Positions 7,773 through 15,949 of a stretch of DNA of 38,355 nt are shown here, one piece after another. The DNA lies in the IMG/VR virus record IMGVR_UViG_3300031999_007842, positions 117,708 through 156,062 of that record; one strand, given 5' to 3'. Source of the DNA: a virus (Duplodnaviria > Heunggongvirae > Uroviricota > Caudoviricetes). The notes under the pieces were generated by a model that saw nothing but the letters and a program-made list of their open reading frames with translations, had not been told where the DNA came from and made no database searches. The position numbers were made by a program, and so were the translations under genes. Position 1 is the first letter of the stretch, and every line of letters begins with the position of its first letter.

Positions 7773-8355
7773 AGAAGATGAACCGTGCCCAGAAACCTGG
7801 GAAATGATAGAGAAGAAAGGTTGCCTAGACGATGCTATTGACCTTGAACTTCTCAAGCACAGAACCTTAGTTCTTCACGGAGAACTTAATGAAGAACTAT
7901 GTAATAGAGTCTGCAAGAAATTAGTATATCTAGAGCTCAAGAAAGCGAAAGAGATCAACATTGTATTAAACTCAGTGGGTGGTGAAGTCTATCACGGTCT
8001 CTTGATATTCAATACCTTGGAAGACTTGAAGAAGAAGAACATAAAGGTAATTATTGAAGCTAGAGGCCTATGTGCAAGCATGGGTGTATGGGTACTTCTA
8101 GGTGGTTCAGAGAGAACATCATCAAAATACACTAGATTCCTACTTCATGAGACTTCATCCTTTACTTATGGTAAAGTCTCTGAGATGAAGGAAGGAGTAC
8201 AGGAACTTGAGAAACTTAACTTGATGCTAGATGATATTATCGTCAACCGTACCAAGATATCTCTGCAAAGGCTGCAACAGAAGACGAGAAAACGAGAATG
8301 GTGGCTCTCTGCCGAGGAAGCTCTCAAGTATGGACTCATTGATAGGATCACTTAG
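7750..8355 (+). CDS. clpP: ClpP-family serine protease
   Basis: RTLVLHGEL, INIVLNSVGG, GLCASMG (Ser), FLLHE (His), REWWLSAEEALKYGLID (Glu where the catalytic Asp usually is). Confidence 0.9.
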   Translation: MVKTKKHEEDEPCPETWEMIEKKGCLDDAIDLELLKHRTLVLHGELNEELCNRVCKKLVYLELKKAKEINIVLNSVGGEVYHGLLIFNTLEDLKKKNIKVIIEARGLCASMGVWVLLGGSERTSSKYTRFLLHETSSFTYGKVSEMKEGVQELEKLNLMLDDIIVNRTKISLQRLQQKTRKREWWLSAEEALKYGLIDRIT

Positions 8356-8373
8356 TTTATATTACCCAGGCAA
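8356..8373 (+). promoter_or_regulatory. Putative archaeal promoter: TATA-like TTTATATT followed by CCAGGCAA
   Basis: Lies in one of the few intergenic gaps, about 35 nt before the ATG at 8395; near-identical arrangement at 20288-20304. Confidence 0.5.
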
Positions 8374-8394
8374 CAATATGGAGGTAGTGATGAA

Positions 8395-9381
8395 ATGGAC
8401 ATAATTCCAGGAGTAGTATTAGACGAGAAAGAATCTGAGATTCCAGTAATAGAACTAAAGAAGAAGCAGGGCACTAACTATGCAGAGATCTGCTTCATAG
8501 GTGACTTTCACTTAGGTTCAGGTAACTTCTCACTCAGTCAATACCTGGAGTACATAAACTTCATTCTCAAACATCCGGAGACAAAGATAGTCTTAATGGG
8601 TGACCTTATTGAGATGGGAAGTCTAAGTGCTTATGGTGCCTCTGAGGAGAAGGTCGGAGCTATCCAGTTACTTGATGTGGTGAGATTACTAGAGCCAATC
8701 AAAGATCGGATAATCTTGATGTTGGAAGGAAACCATGAGGAAAGATTCTGGAGAGCTACTAAGGGAACAGATTCCATCACCAAATCAGTTGCAGATGCTT
8801 TGAGAATAAAACCATTACTTCCTGGCCCAGAAAGAGGACAACTCTTTGTTGTCAAGGTAGGAAGTCAGACGTATTCTATTTATGGTATACATGGAGCCTC
8901 AGGATCTACAGTTAACAAAGCTACCCAACTAAGTAAGATGTTTGGTAACTTGCATACTTCATTAGCAGTTCATGGCCATAATCACCAGATCTTCAAGGAT
9001 CATAGAACTTTCTACGGAGTGAGAGAAATCAATGGCAAGTACTTTACTTCAGTTCATGAACAATACTGGTTAACCACAGGTTGCTTCGTCAAGAACTTAG
9101 GGTATGCTGAGAGAACTTCAATGCCTGTTACTAAGATAGGTGCTCCTTTTGTTAGATTCTATGCAGATAGAGAAGCTATTGAAGTCATTGATGATCCAAG
9201 GATTACATATGGAGTAGGAGACGCTAAGCCTAGTTTACAAGATGCTGGCTTAACCGGATTAGATTTAGCTAAGTACGAAGAACGGGTAGGATTTGGAGGA
9301 ACAGGAGTTATCAGGAAACCTAAATGGAAGGAGGTAAATCTACGCCCCTCAAAGAAATCAGAAGGCAAGAAATCCTCCTGA
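8395..9381 (+). CDS. Calcineurin-like metallophosphoesterase
   Basis: All five motifs present: GDFHLG, MGDLIE, EGNHEER, IHG, HGHNH. Confidence 0.9.
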   Translation: MDIIPGVVLDEKESEIPVIELKKKQGTNYAEICFIGDFHLGSGNFSLSQYLEYINFILKHPETKIVLMGDLIEMGSLSAYGASEEKVGAIQLLDVVRLLEPIKDRIILMLEGNHEERFWRATKGTDSITKSVADALRIKPLLPGPERGQLFVVKVGSQTYSIYGIHGASGSTVNKATQLSKMFGNLHTSLAVHGHNHQIFKDHRTFYGVREINGKYFTSVHEQYWLTTGCFVKNLGYAERTSMPVTKIGAPFVRFYADREAIEVIDDPRITYGVGDAKPSLQDAGLTGLDLAKYEERVGFGGTGVIRKPKWKEVNLRPSKKSEGKKSS

Positions 9382-9647
9382 GTTTCCTTAGATATGACAA
9401 GGAAGGATTCATCCACATTCCTCCTCTTTTTAGAAAGTATTTTGGAGCTCGAGTAAGGATCCTCTTCGATGTGAAGGAGAACCTTATTGCACTCCAGCCT
9501 TCACAAGATGAAACAGACTATCCCACTACAAGATGGAGAATCTGGTGTACTTCTTTTTTTAGGGAATATGAAATCCCTAGTCAGAAAGTAAAAGCTTCCT
9601 GGGATAAGAATAAGAATTACCTCATAGCAAAGATAAAGAGAGGCTAA
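9324..9647 (+). CDS. Putative AbrB/SpoVT-like DNA-binding protein
   Basis: EGFIHIPPLFRKYFG...ILFDVKENLIALQP resembles G-x-I-x-IP-x3-R-x3-G...I-x-L-x-P; start uncertain. Confidence 0.4.
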   Translation: MEGGKSTPLKEIRRQEILLSFLRYDKEGFIHIPPLFRKYFGARVRILFDVKENLIALQPSQDETDYPTTRWRIWCTSFFREYEIPSQKVKASWDKNKNYLIAKIKRG

Positions 9648-9649
9648 AC

Positions 9650-9910
9650 ATGGATCTTATCTTAATCTTAAGTCTTATAGATGTAGGTATCCTGGGGGCA
9701 TTTGCTCTCGTAAGAACTTGTGTCAATTACAAGTCCTTTACTATTCAACGAAAGATACTAGAAGAGTCGAGGACTTATTGGGGTTCTTGGAAAGAACGAA
9801 GTAAAGATGTAGCCGAGAAGGTACTCTCTGAAATATCCACATCTGATCTACGCACTGAACTTAGAAGAAGGAAGAAAAAGGAATGTCAAATCCAAGCACC
9901 AAACCAATAG
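9650..9910 (+). CDS. Small single-pass membrane protein
   Basis: Hydrophobic N-terminus (LILILSLIDVGILGAFALV) followed by a charged tail. Confidence 0.6.
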   Translation: MDLILILSLIDVGILGAFALVRTCVNYKSFTIQRKILEESRTYWGSWKERSKDVAEKVLSEISTSDLRTELRRRKKKECQIQAPNQ

Positions 9911-10191
9911 TAAATACAAACCTAACCGAAGACTACATAGTGAATGTCGCATATAATCCTAGCCACCACGGATATGAAGTGGTAGTCTCAAGAAAAATCA
10001 ATGGCAACATGTATAATGTTAAAACAATAATCACAGATTACATTTATGAGACAGTGCCGAGTGCTTTGACTGATGTGCTTAATCAGGCCATGATAGCATT
10101 GAATCGGGCAGTTAAAGAAAACATGATAAAGGAGTTTAACAATCCATCTTTTAGAAGGAAGGATTATGATAGAGAGAAACAAGATGTGTAA
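9883..10191 (+). CDS. Hypothetical protein
   Basis: 102 aa ORF coupled to both neighbours. Confidence 0.6.
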   Translation: MSNPSTKPIVNTNLTEDYIVNVAYNPSHHGYEVVVSRKINGNMYNVKTIITDYIYETVPSALTDVLNQAMIALNRAVKENMIKEFNNPSFRRKDYDREKQDV

Positions 10192-10645
10192 AGCTCTTCG
10201 AAGAAGAAGTCCACATGGTAAGCAAGAATGCCCTATCTGTAAGGTCAAGATGAAAAGAAAGGGCAAGAAAGGAAGTGCTCTTGAATACTTTAAGTGCCCA
10301 AAGTGTAAAGGCAAGATGAGGAGAAATGGACCATTTGTCCCGTCACCAAATCCAGATACCCTCGATGTAAGGGAGCATCAAATAAGGGAATTCCGCAAGG
10401 AAATGTCCAAGAGAACACTCATTGTCAAAATGAAACAACAGAAATATCTAGGGCTCCAAAACTTTGAATGGGGCGGACAGATAATCAATCTCTCTGACTA
10501 TGATGTGGATGGAATAACTTTTGAAGAGAAGAAAAAGATCGAAGAAGAGCTAAAGAAGCAAGCGGAAAAGGCTAAGAAAGAGAAGAACAAGAGGAAGAGG
10601 AAAGAAGCGAAGAAGGCAAAAGTAACCATGGAAGTGAAGAAGTAA
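10166..10645 (+). CDS. Basic Zn-ribbon protein with Lys-rich coiled tail
   Basis: CPIC...YFKCPKC; K/R/E-rich C-terminus; alternative ATG at 10184. Confidence 0.65.
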   Translation: MIERNKMCKALRRRSPHGKQECPICKVKMKRKGKKGSALEYFKCPKCKGKMRRNGPFVPSPNPDTLDVREHQIREFRKEMSKRTLIVKMKQQKYLGLQNFEWGGQIINLSDYDVDGITFEEKKKIEEELKKQAEKAKKEKNKRKRKEAKKAKVTMEVKK

Positions 10646-10971
10646 TGGACTTAAGATACACAGACCCATTAAAAAGACAGCAATATGAAAATCAGTTTCA
10701 CAAGCAAAGAAGAAGAGAATTGAAAGAAAAGATTTTCACGTTATTAGGAGATAAGTGCGTTTGTGGATTTACGGATCGAAGAGCTCTCTGCATAGATCAT
10801 ACTAATAATGATGGCTATCTAGAAATCCATAAAAAAGGATTTAAAAACTATGAATCTTATCTTCGAAAAATTTTGAGATCCGTCGAAAAGAAAGAGGGCA
10901 GATATCAAATTCTATGTGCAAATTGCAATTGGATAAAAAGAAGAGAAAGGAGACATGATAATCTTGTGTAA
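10645..10971 (+). CDS. HNH-like endonuclease
   Basis: CVCG-x-D-x3-L-x-IDH-x-NNDG ... YQILCANCNWIK, a His-Me finger pattern common in viruses. Confidence 0.75.
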   Translation: MDLRYTDPLKRQQYENQFHKQRRRELKEKIFTLLGDKCVCGFTDRRALCIDHTNNDGYLEIHKKGFKNYESYLRKILRSVEKKEGRYQILCANCNWIKRRERRHDNLV

Positions 10972-11257
10972 CAATTGCGCTTTCTCTCTTGAGAATAGGC
11001 CAAATGTTTGTGTGGAATGTGAGGTTTGTATTCGAAATCCTACCAATGCTTCAATAAAATTCAAACCTACAAAATATAAAGATACTATCGTAGAGAAGCC
11101 TATTGACATGTACATCTCCAAAGAGTTAATGGAAATAATAAGACAAGAGATCAGGAAGATGTATGAGGAAGGCATTCGTGCTGGGAAGCAACCACAACAA
11201 GACCTTTATCCTTTTGACCCGAATCCTTATCCAGACAAATGGAAGTGCTCTTCATGA
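10955..11257 (+). CDS. Cys-rich hypothetical protein
   Basis: CNNC...CVECEVC at the N-terminus. Confidence 0.55.
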   Translation: MIILCNNCAFSLENRPNVCVECEVCIRNPTNASIKFKPTKYKDTIVEKPIDMYISKELMEIIRQEIRKMYEEGIRAGKQPQQDLYPFDPNPYPDKWKCSS

Positions 11258-11520
11258 CAAGACCTGCATGGATAACTAAGAATGCTAATCTAATGCTAAG
11301 TACAGGCGATACTATATCGATTACTTATACAATTTCAATTCCTACTTACATCCCTCTAACCTCCACTGAAATAGAGGAGAATCTGAATATTTCTAATAAT
11401 CTAGGTGAAGTGACGGAATTAGAAGAGCCCGCAGAGAAGAAAGTTATTAAGACAGTGTGTATAGACTTTCATGAAGTACTCGTTGCTATGGATGGAGTTG
11501 AAGTAGGAGATGCTGTCTAG
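11239..11520 (+). CDS. Hypothetical acidic protein
   Basis: Fills the gap between neighbours; its 3' end carries GGAG before the ATG at 11510. Confidence 0.5.
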   Translation: MEVLFMTRPAWITKNANLMLSTGDTISITYTISIPTYIPLTSTEIEENLNISNNLGEVTELEEPAEKKVIKTVCIDFHEVLVAMDGVEVGDAV

Positions 11521-12712
11521 TTCACCGTTTACAGTCAAGTTCCTAACGGAAGCTAAGAATCGTTACAAGGAAACTGGACTATTCTGGGGTGCACTTACAT
11601 TATTCTCTGGTTGCTTTGTTGCTACTAATGACAAGTGGCTGATGATGAAGTTTGGTTCGTCAGGAGCCGGTAAGACTATCAGTGACAGAGTAGCAATAGA
11701 AGCGTTTGGAGGAAAGCATACTCCATTGACAATTTCTGGCAGATTAACTCCTGCTGGAATGGCCAAAGTCATGAGGAGAGCAGAAGAGAACTTAAAGGTG
11801 AAAGAAGACCTTGAGTCATTCAGAAGAGCAAAGTTAATCTTTGTAGAGGATCTTTCACGTTGTACAACTCATTATCTCAAACTGACTGCATTACAATTCT
11901 TGGCAGGACTTACTAAAACAACAATCTTAGATGACCTCACCTCAGAAGGAGGAACGTTAGGGGGCAACTTAGGTAATGAGCCTAAGAAATGTATGGTAGC
12001 AGGTACTCCCTCTGACTGGGAAGAGATCGCTTCAACCTCGATGTATAATGAATTCATAGATAGAAGATCTCTCACAGGAATAGCACTCATGTCTCCAAAA
12101 GAATGGCAAATCAGGGAAGCAATGGCAAGAGTAAGTACTGTCCACAAGGAAGATTGGAATATTATCCTATCATGGAAAGAGATGATCAGAAGTCAAGATG
12201 TCTCAACCTATAATGGTCCAATGAGACCTGGAGTAGTGGGCCCACATCGAATAATGCTATATGAGAGGCTTGCTTCATTCAAGAGATTCCCTGAGAATGT
12301 CTTTGGGATGATAGACTCTCTTGCAGAAGGGCATGCAAGACTTAATGGAAGAGATACTGTGCTTCCGGAAGATTATGAGGTAATAGACAAACTGTTCACC
12401 AGATTCCTGATAATTGCTGACATGAAGAAGAAAGAGTTATTCATAGTAGAAGAACTAATAAGATCACATGGAATGCTTACTCTAGAAGAGTTATCTTATA
12501 GGCTTAGGAAGAGGGCAAGATCAGAAGACTTACCAGATCTCTTCGTGGTCAGAAGGACAATAAGCAATTATGCTAACTCTTCGAAGTATCTTGAGAAGAC
12601 AAGAGCTTGCAGAAGTAACCCCGCTTTGATTATGCTATCCAAAACTCTAAGGGATCTCTTCAAGCGGTGGGACAATGATGTAGGTGATATGCTCAAATGC
12701 CATTCGAACTGA
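11510..12712 (+). CDS. AAA+ ATPase, MCM/MoxR-like clade, with C-terminal winged-helix-like segment
   Basis: Walker A GSSGAGKT, LTPAG (MCM-like S/T-x-AGL), Walker B-like LIFVED, DRR (arginine-finger candidate), lid AEGHARLNGRDTVLPEDY, C-terminal LTLEEL helix. Confidence 0.7.
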   Translation: MLSSSPFTVKFLTEAKNRYKETGLFWGALTLFSGCFVATNDKWLMMKFGSSGAGKTISDRVAIEAFGGKHTPLTISGRLTPAGMAKVMRRAEENLKVKEDLESFRRAKLIFVEDLSRCTTHYLKLTALQFLAGLTKTTILDDLTSEGGTLGGNLGNEPKKCMVAGTPSDWEEIASTSMYNEFIDRRSLTGIALMSPKEWQIREAMARVSTVHKEDWNIILSWKEMIRSQDVSTYNGPMRPGVVGPHRIMLYERLASFKRFPENVFGMIDSLAEGHARLNGRDTVLPEDYEVIDKLFTRFLIIADMKKKELFIVEELIRSHGMLTLEELSYRLRKRARSEDLPDLFVVRRTISNYANSSKYLEKTRACRSNPALIMLSKTLRDLFKRWDNDVGDMLKCHSN

Positions 12713-12909
12713 AAGAAGAAACTATTCCAATAGGAGGCAAGACTCTCAAGGAGATCAGGGAGATTGTTGATGATCTTCTGGTGAATCCTGCAGTGATCTC
12801 AGAACTTCATATCTATATTGATCACATTAGAATACTTCGTTTTATTGATCCCTCTCCTCATTTCAATCCTAGTTTGAGAGCCAAATATTTAGGTGGCAAT
12901 AAGAAATGA
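12697..12909 (+). CDS. Hypothetical protein
   Basis: 70 aa ORF; ATGA overlap with the next gene. Confidence 0.55.
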   Translation: MPFELKEETIPIGGKTLKEIREIVDDLLVNPAVISELHIYIDHIRILRFIDPSPHFNPSLRAKYLGGNKK

Positions 12910-13637
12910 AAGAAGCTGTAGTACTTGCAGGTGGGAAGGGACTCCGGTTAAAGGGCCAGACAGAAGTACCCAAGCCATTTTTAGTAATCAAGCCTGAAAC
13001 AGGCGAGACTTTACTTGAAGCTCAATTGAAATGGTTGGTAGCATATGATTTTGAGCATGTCATTCTAGCTACGTCACGAGAGAACTTTAGGTACATGAGA
13101 GTAAACTATGCAAAGTTTCTGAATGTAGCTTCCATAGATATCTCCGTAGAAGAAGAGCACCTGGGAACAGGTGGAGGACTCAAGAAAGCACTAGAGTTAG
13201 TAGAAGAACCTAATTTCTATTGTTTCAATGTAGATGATGTAGCCTTCTATGATCCCACGGAACTTTACCTAGCTCAACGCCTTCAAAATGTCGTACTCAT
13301 AAAGAAGGCTATTCTTCCGTTTGGGGCTGTAGAATTTGATCAAGACATGAAGGTAACTAACTTCGTGGAGAAGCCTGAAATAGATAAGTTCGTGAGCTGT
13401 GGGCACTATGTCTTCAGCAAGAAGTCTATCGAGGAACTACTTCCAGATGATGGAGACCTGGAACTTACACTTCTGAGAGACCTTGCTAAGATGGGATTCC
13501 TTTATGCAAATGTCTTGAAGGGAAAATGGATAACTATTAATACTTACAAAGAACTAATGCAAGCAAGAGGAAGAATGAAAATAGATGCGATACTTAGAGA
13601 AGATAAAGGACGAGAGACTCAAGAAAGCAGTTCTTAG
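12906..13637 (+). CDS. Sugar-phosphate nucleotidyltransferase (NTP_transferase family)
   Basis: AVVLAGGKGLRL, PKP, EEEHLGTGGGL, FNVDD, FVEKP. Confidence 0.92.
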   Translation: MKEAVVLAGGKGLRLKGQTEVPKPFLVIKPETGETLLEAQLKWLVAYDFEHVILATSRENFRYMRVNYAKFLNVASIDISVEEEHLGTGGGLKKALELVEEPNFYCFNVDDVAFYDPTELYLAQRLQNVVLIKKAILPFGAVEFDQDMKVTNFVEKPEIDKFVSCGHYVFSKKSIEELLPDDGDLELTLLRDLAKMGFLYANVLKGKWITINTYKELMQARGRMKIDAILREDKGRETQESSS

Positions 13638-14196
13638 AGCCTATACCGTGTATGGCTATAAGCTATACTTCTTGCCTTCATCTCTAACAGGAAAGCACCA
13701 TCCAAAGAATGAACGTGGAATCAATGGACTCCGGAACCATATTGAGAAAGTATGCTGGTTCCTTGATGGTCTCGCTGATGAATTCCAGTACACTAGCGCT
13801 ACCAGAGACATTCTATTTGCAGCAGCCTATTTCCATGATCTTGGGAAAGTCAAGCAAATGACTGTTTCTCAGGAACTTGAATATAAGCCAGATGGTAAGA
13901 CCACGAGAAGAACCAAAGTAACTAGAAACATTGGTGGCCTTGATCTCCATCCAATCACAAGTGCAAAAATGGCTAGAGAGTTCCTAGAGGATCAAGGTGT
14001 AGAAGAGGAAACAATCAAGGTGATTTGTGATCTAGTAGCAAGACACATGTCACACTGGTATCCAAGTCTACCAAGGCCACAAACAGAATTAGAAAAGATG
14101 TTTGCTTTGGCAGACTTCACTGTGGCGAGGGAAGACTTTAAGATAGAAAGGAAGGAAGGAAAATGGGCAAAGATAAAGAGAAGCCTCAGACATTAA
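13585..14196 (+). CDS. HD-domain phosphohydrolase (phage YhaM-like subfamily)
   Basis: SSLTGKHHP...GLRNHIEKV, AAYFHDLGK, HP, HMSHW, LADF. Confidence 0.85.
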   Translation: MRYLEKIKDERLKKAVLRAYTVYGYKLYFLPSSLTGKHHPKNERGINGLRNHIEKVCWFLDGLADEFQYTSATRDILFAAAYFHDLGKVKQMTVSQELEYKPDGKTTRRTKVTRNIGGLDLHPITSAKMAREFLEDQGVEEETIKVICDLVARHMSHWYPSLPRPQTELEKMFALADFTVAREDFKIERKEGKWAKIKRSLRH

Positions 14197-14417
14197 AGAA
14201 TCCTTCTTTACGTGAAAAGGTTCAAGTTGAAGTAGTTGTATCTCCAGTAGAGGAACTTACGAAAAGAATCTGGCATTTGGAGAGTTATATCAAGGAACTG
14301 ACCCAGGAACAGGCACATAGAGAGGGGCATCGGCAGAAGAACTTTTCTCAGATGTGCTTCTTCTTTCTAATAATTGGTTGCATCATAGGTTTCATAGCTG
14401 GAGCAATTCTTCTATGA
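14163..14417 (+). CDS. Coiled-coil protein with C-terminal transmembrane anchor
   Basis: EELTKRIWHLESYIKEL heptads; hydrophobic end FFFLIIGCIIGFIAGAILL. Confidence 0.65.
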   Translation: MGKDKEKPQTLKNPSLREKVQVEVVVSPVEELTKRIWHLESYIKELTQEQAHREGHRQKNFSQMCFFFLIIGCIIGFIAGAILL

Positions 14418-14647
14418 GTGATCTAGTTCTCGAACAGTACATCCTGGATCATTACAAACCAACTCACTGTTTCAAAGTAACTGATACAAAGATAATCATC
14501 AATGCAAATGACCTACCTGAATTCATGAAAGATATACGCTCCTTTGCCATTTATGATTATGGTAATCTAGCAATCTATTTTCTAGGAAAGAAAATCATTA
14601 CCTATTCTACTGATGAGGAATACTTATGGGCAGTGATTTTGCAATAG
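14414..14647 (+). CDS. Unknown small protein, paralog 1 of a tandem triplet
   Basis: ATGA-coupled start at 14414; ends IITYSTDEEYLWAVILQ. Confidence 0.7.
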   Translation: MSDLVLEQYILDHYKPTHCFKVTDTKIIINANDLPEFMKDIRSFAIYDYGNLAIYFLGKKIITYSTDEEYLWAVILQ

Positions 14648-14895
14648 AAGAGAGTCTCAAACATATCCGGAAAGCTGTTCTCTCTTGCATTGAACCTAAA
14701 CATAAGATCTATGTGAAGGATCATACTATACTAATCCATCGTGAGGATGCTCTAAAGGATGGTTGGGCTTTAGTAAAGCTTAGCATGATGATTTCTGGTA
14801 CAGATTGGAAGCCTAACTGGTATCTAGAACTTTATAATACTCCAGATGAATACAAGTGGAAGGTGATCTTGTGGGATCCAAAGAAAGGCACTTAA
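14626..14895 (+). CDS. Unknown small protein, paralog 2 of a tandem triplet
   Basis: GAGGA RBS 6 nt upstream of the ATG; contains LELYNTPDEYKWKVILW. Confidence 0.7.
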   Translation: MGSDFAIEESLKHIRKAVLSCIEPKHKIYVKDHTILIHREDALKDGWALVKLSMMISGTDWKPNWYLELYNTPDEYKWKVILWDPKKGT

Positions 14896-15122
14896 AAGAA
14901 GAACAGGTATGGGTTGAAGAGAAGATCTTCGAACTGCTTTCCAATCCCTTCTTCTTCAAAAATGACAAGCTAGTGATAGCTTGTGAAGATCTAGAGAATG
15001 TTTATAAGAGGCTGAAAGAACGAATATGGACAGATCGGGATGGACAGGCAAGATTGTGGTATTACAGGATCATCGTATATCATAGTAATGAGGAATATGT
15101 ATGGATGAAGATACTCCAGTAA
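14856..15122 (+). CDS. Unknown small protein, paralog 3 of a tandem triplet
   Basis: GTG start; ends IIVYHSNEEYVWMKILQ. Confidence 0.65.
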   Translation: MEGDLVGSKERHLKEEQVWVEEKIFELLSNPFFFKNDKLVIACEDLENVYKRLKERIWTDRDGQARLWYYRIIVYHSNEEYVWMKILQ

Positions 15123-15484
15123 CAGAAGCTATGAAAGGCCTAGCCAAACTCCAGTTCAAGAAGATCTGGAAGTATGGTCACCCTGAATTCTATGACCTGA
15201 TTCTCAAGATGGCTGAGATTCATGAAATCAAGAACAAGGGCTATGGGATAGGAAATCCACTTGGTAACTTTGCAGAAAGTGAACGTTTTGGCATTTCTGC
15301 TTGGAAAGGATGTATGGTCAGGATGAGTGACAAGTGGAGCAGACTTTGTAACATGGCTGCTAAGATAGACAATCCAGAATATCAGGATGCAGTGAAGATG
15401 GAGAGTCTGGAAGATACTTTGATTGACTTGGCTTGCTATAGTCTCTTGTGTCTAATCCTTCTCAAGGAGAGCAAGAAACAATGA
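15101..15484 (+). CDS. DUF1599 / nucleotide-modification-associated domain 1-like all-alpha protein
   Basis: KNKGYG...GNF...GCMVRMSDKWSRLCNM...ESLEDTLIDLACYSLL. Confidence 0.8.
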   Translation: MDEDTPVTEAMKGLAKLQFKKIWKYGHPEFYDLILKMAEIHEIKNKGYGIGNPLGNFAESERFGISAWKGCMVRMSDKWSRLCNMAAKIDNPEYQDAVKMESLEDTLIDLACYSLLCLILLKESKKQ

Positions 15485-15798
15485 GCAATGCACCAACCGT
15501 GCCATGCGCCAAAGAAGAAGGGCCTAAGCCGCAGAAGATCTCCAAGAGGAAGAAATACATGGCAGGTGGCGTAACGAGAACAGGCTGGAGTCAGGAAGAA
15601 CTTCCCAAGATACTCAAGAAGATCTGTGAAACGTATCCAGGAATTACATGGATAGAGGTTAGGCCAAATGAGATTCATTGGAACTTTGAATGTAGGAAAG
15701 AAGATCTGTTACCTCAGAAGAAGATAGAGTTTAAATTAGAGAATCCCTCTAAAAGGAAGGAGAAGAAGTTTGATGCAGCAAAGCTTACGATGCCCTAA
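15481..15798 (+). CDS. Hypothetical protein
   Basis: ATGA-coupled start at 15481 within the track ORF 15448-15798. Confidence 0.6.
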   Translation: MSNAPTVPCAKEEGPKPQKISKRKKYMAGGVTRTGWSQEELPKILKKICETYPGITWIEVRPNEIHWNFECRKEDLLPQKKIEFKLENPSKRKEKKFDAAKLTMP

Positions 15799-15949
15799 AT
15801 GTGGAAACAATTCAGTAGAGAAATGCCCCACATGTGCGGCAGACTATTGGCGTTGTACAAAGTGCAAATTTGTGGCTCCTTTGAAAGTATTTGAAGAAGG
15901 GATTTTACCTTCAGAGAAAGATGAGAAAGCTATCAAGGATGGATTCTGA
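15773..15949 (+). CDS. 58-aa triple-CxxC Zn-binding protein (absent from the ORF track)
   Basis: Hand translation: MQQSLRCPKCGNNSVEKCPTCAADYWRCTKCKFVAPLKVFEEGILPSEKDEKAIKDGF*. GGAG upstream; TGATG overlap with the ORF at 15949; fills the apparent gap. Confidence 0.75.
   Translation: MQQSLRCPKCGNNSVEKCPTCAADYWRCTKCKFVAPLKVFEEGILPSEKDEKAIKDGF

Larger units (their letters stand above)
14414..15122 (+). repeat. Three diverged tandem gene copies
   Basis: Shared motif Y-x3-[ED]EY-x-W-x2-IL and similar N-halves (P-x2-x-[FY]-x2-D-x2-I-x-I-x3-D). DNA: tattctactgatgaggaatacttatgg / tataatactccagatgaatacaagtgg / tatcatagtaatgaggaatatgtatgg. Confidence 0.75.

Noticed and set aside
7750-8355. ClpP as a prohead maturation protease marking a structural module
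   Set aside because: No portal, scaffold or capsid gene is recognisable nearby; its neighbours are nucleotide-metabolism enzymes.
14163-14417. Resemblance of the coiled-coil plus C-terminal TM protein to MtrG/MtrB or holin-like proteins
   Set aside because: Only architectural similarity; the diagnostic MtrG GRDIGILYG motif is absent.
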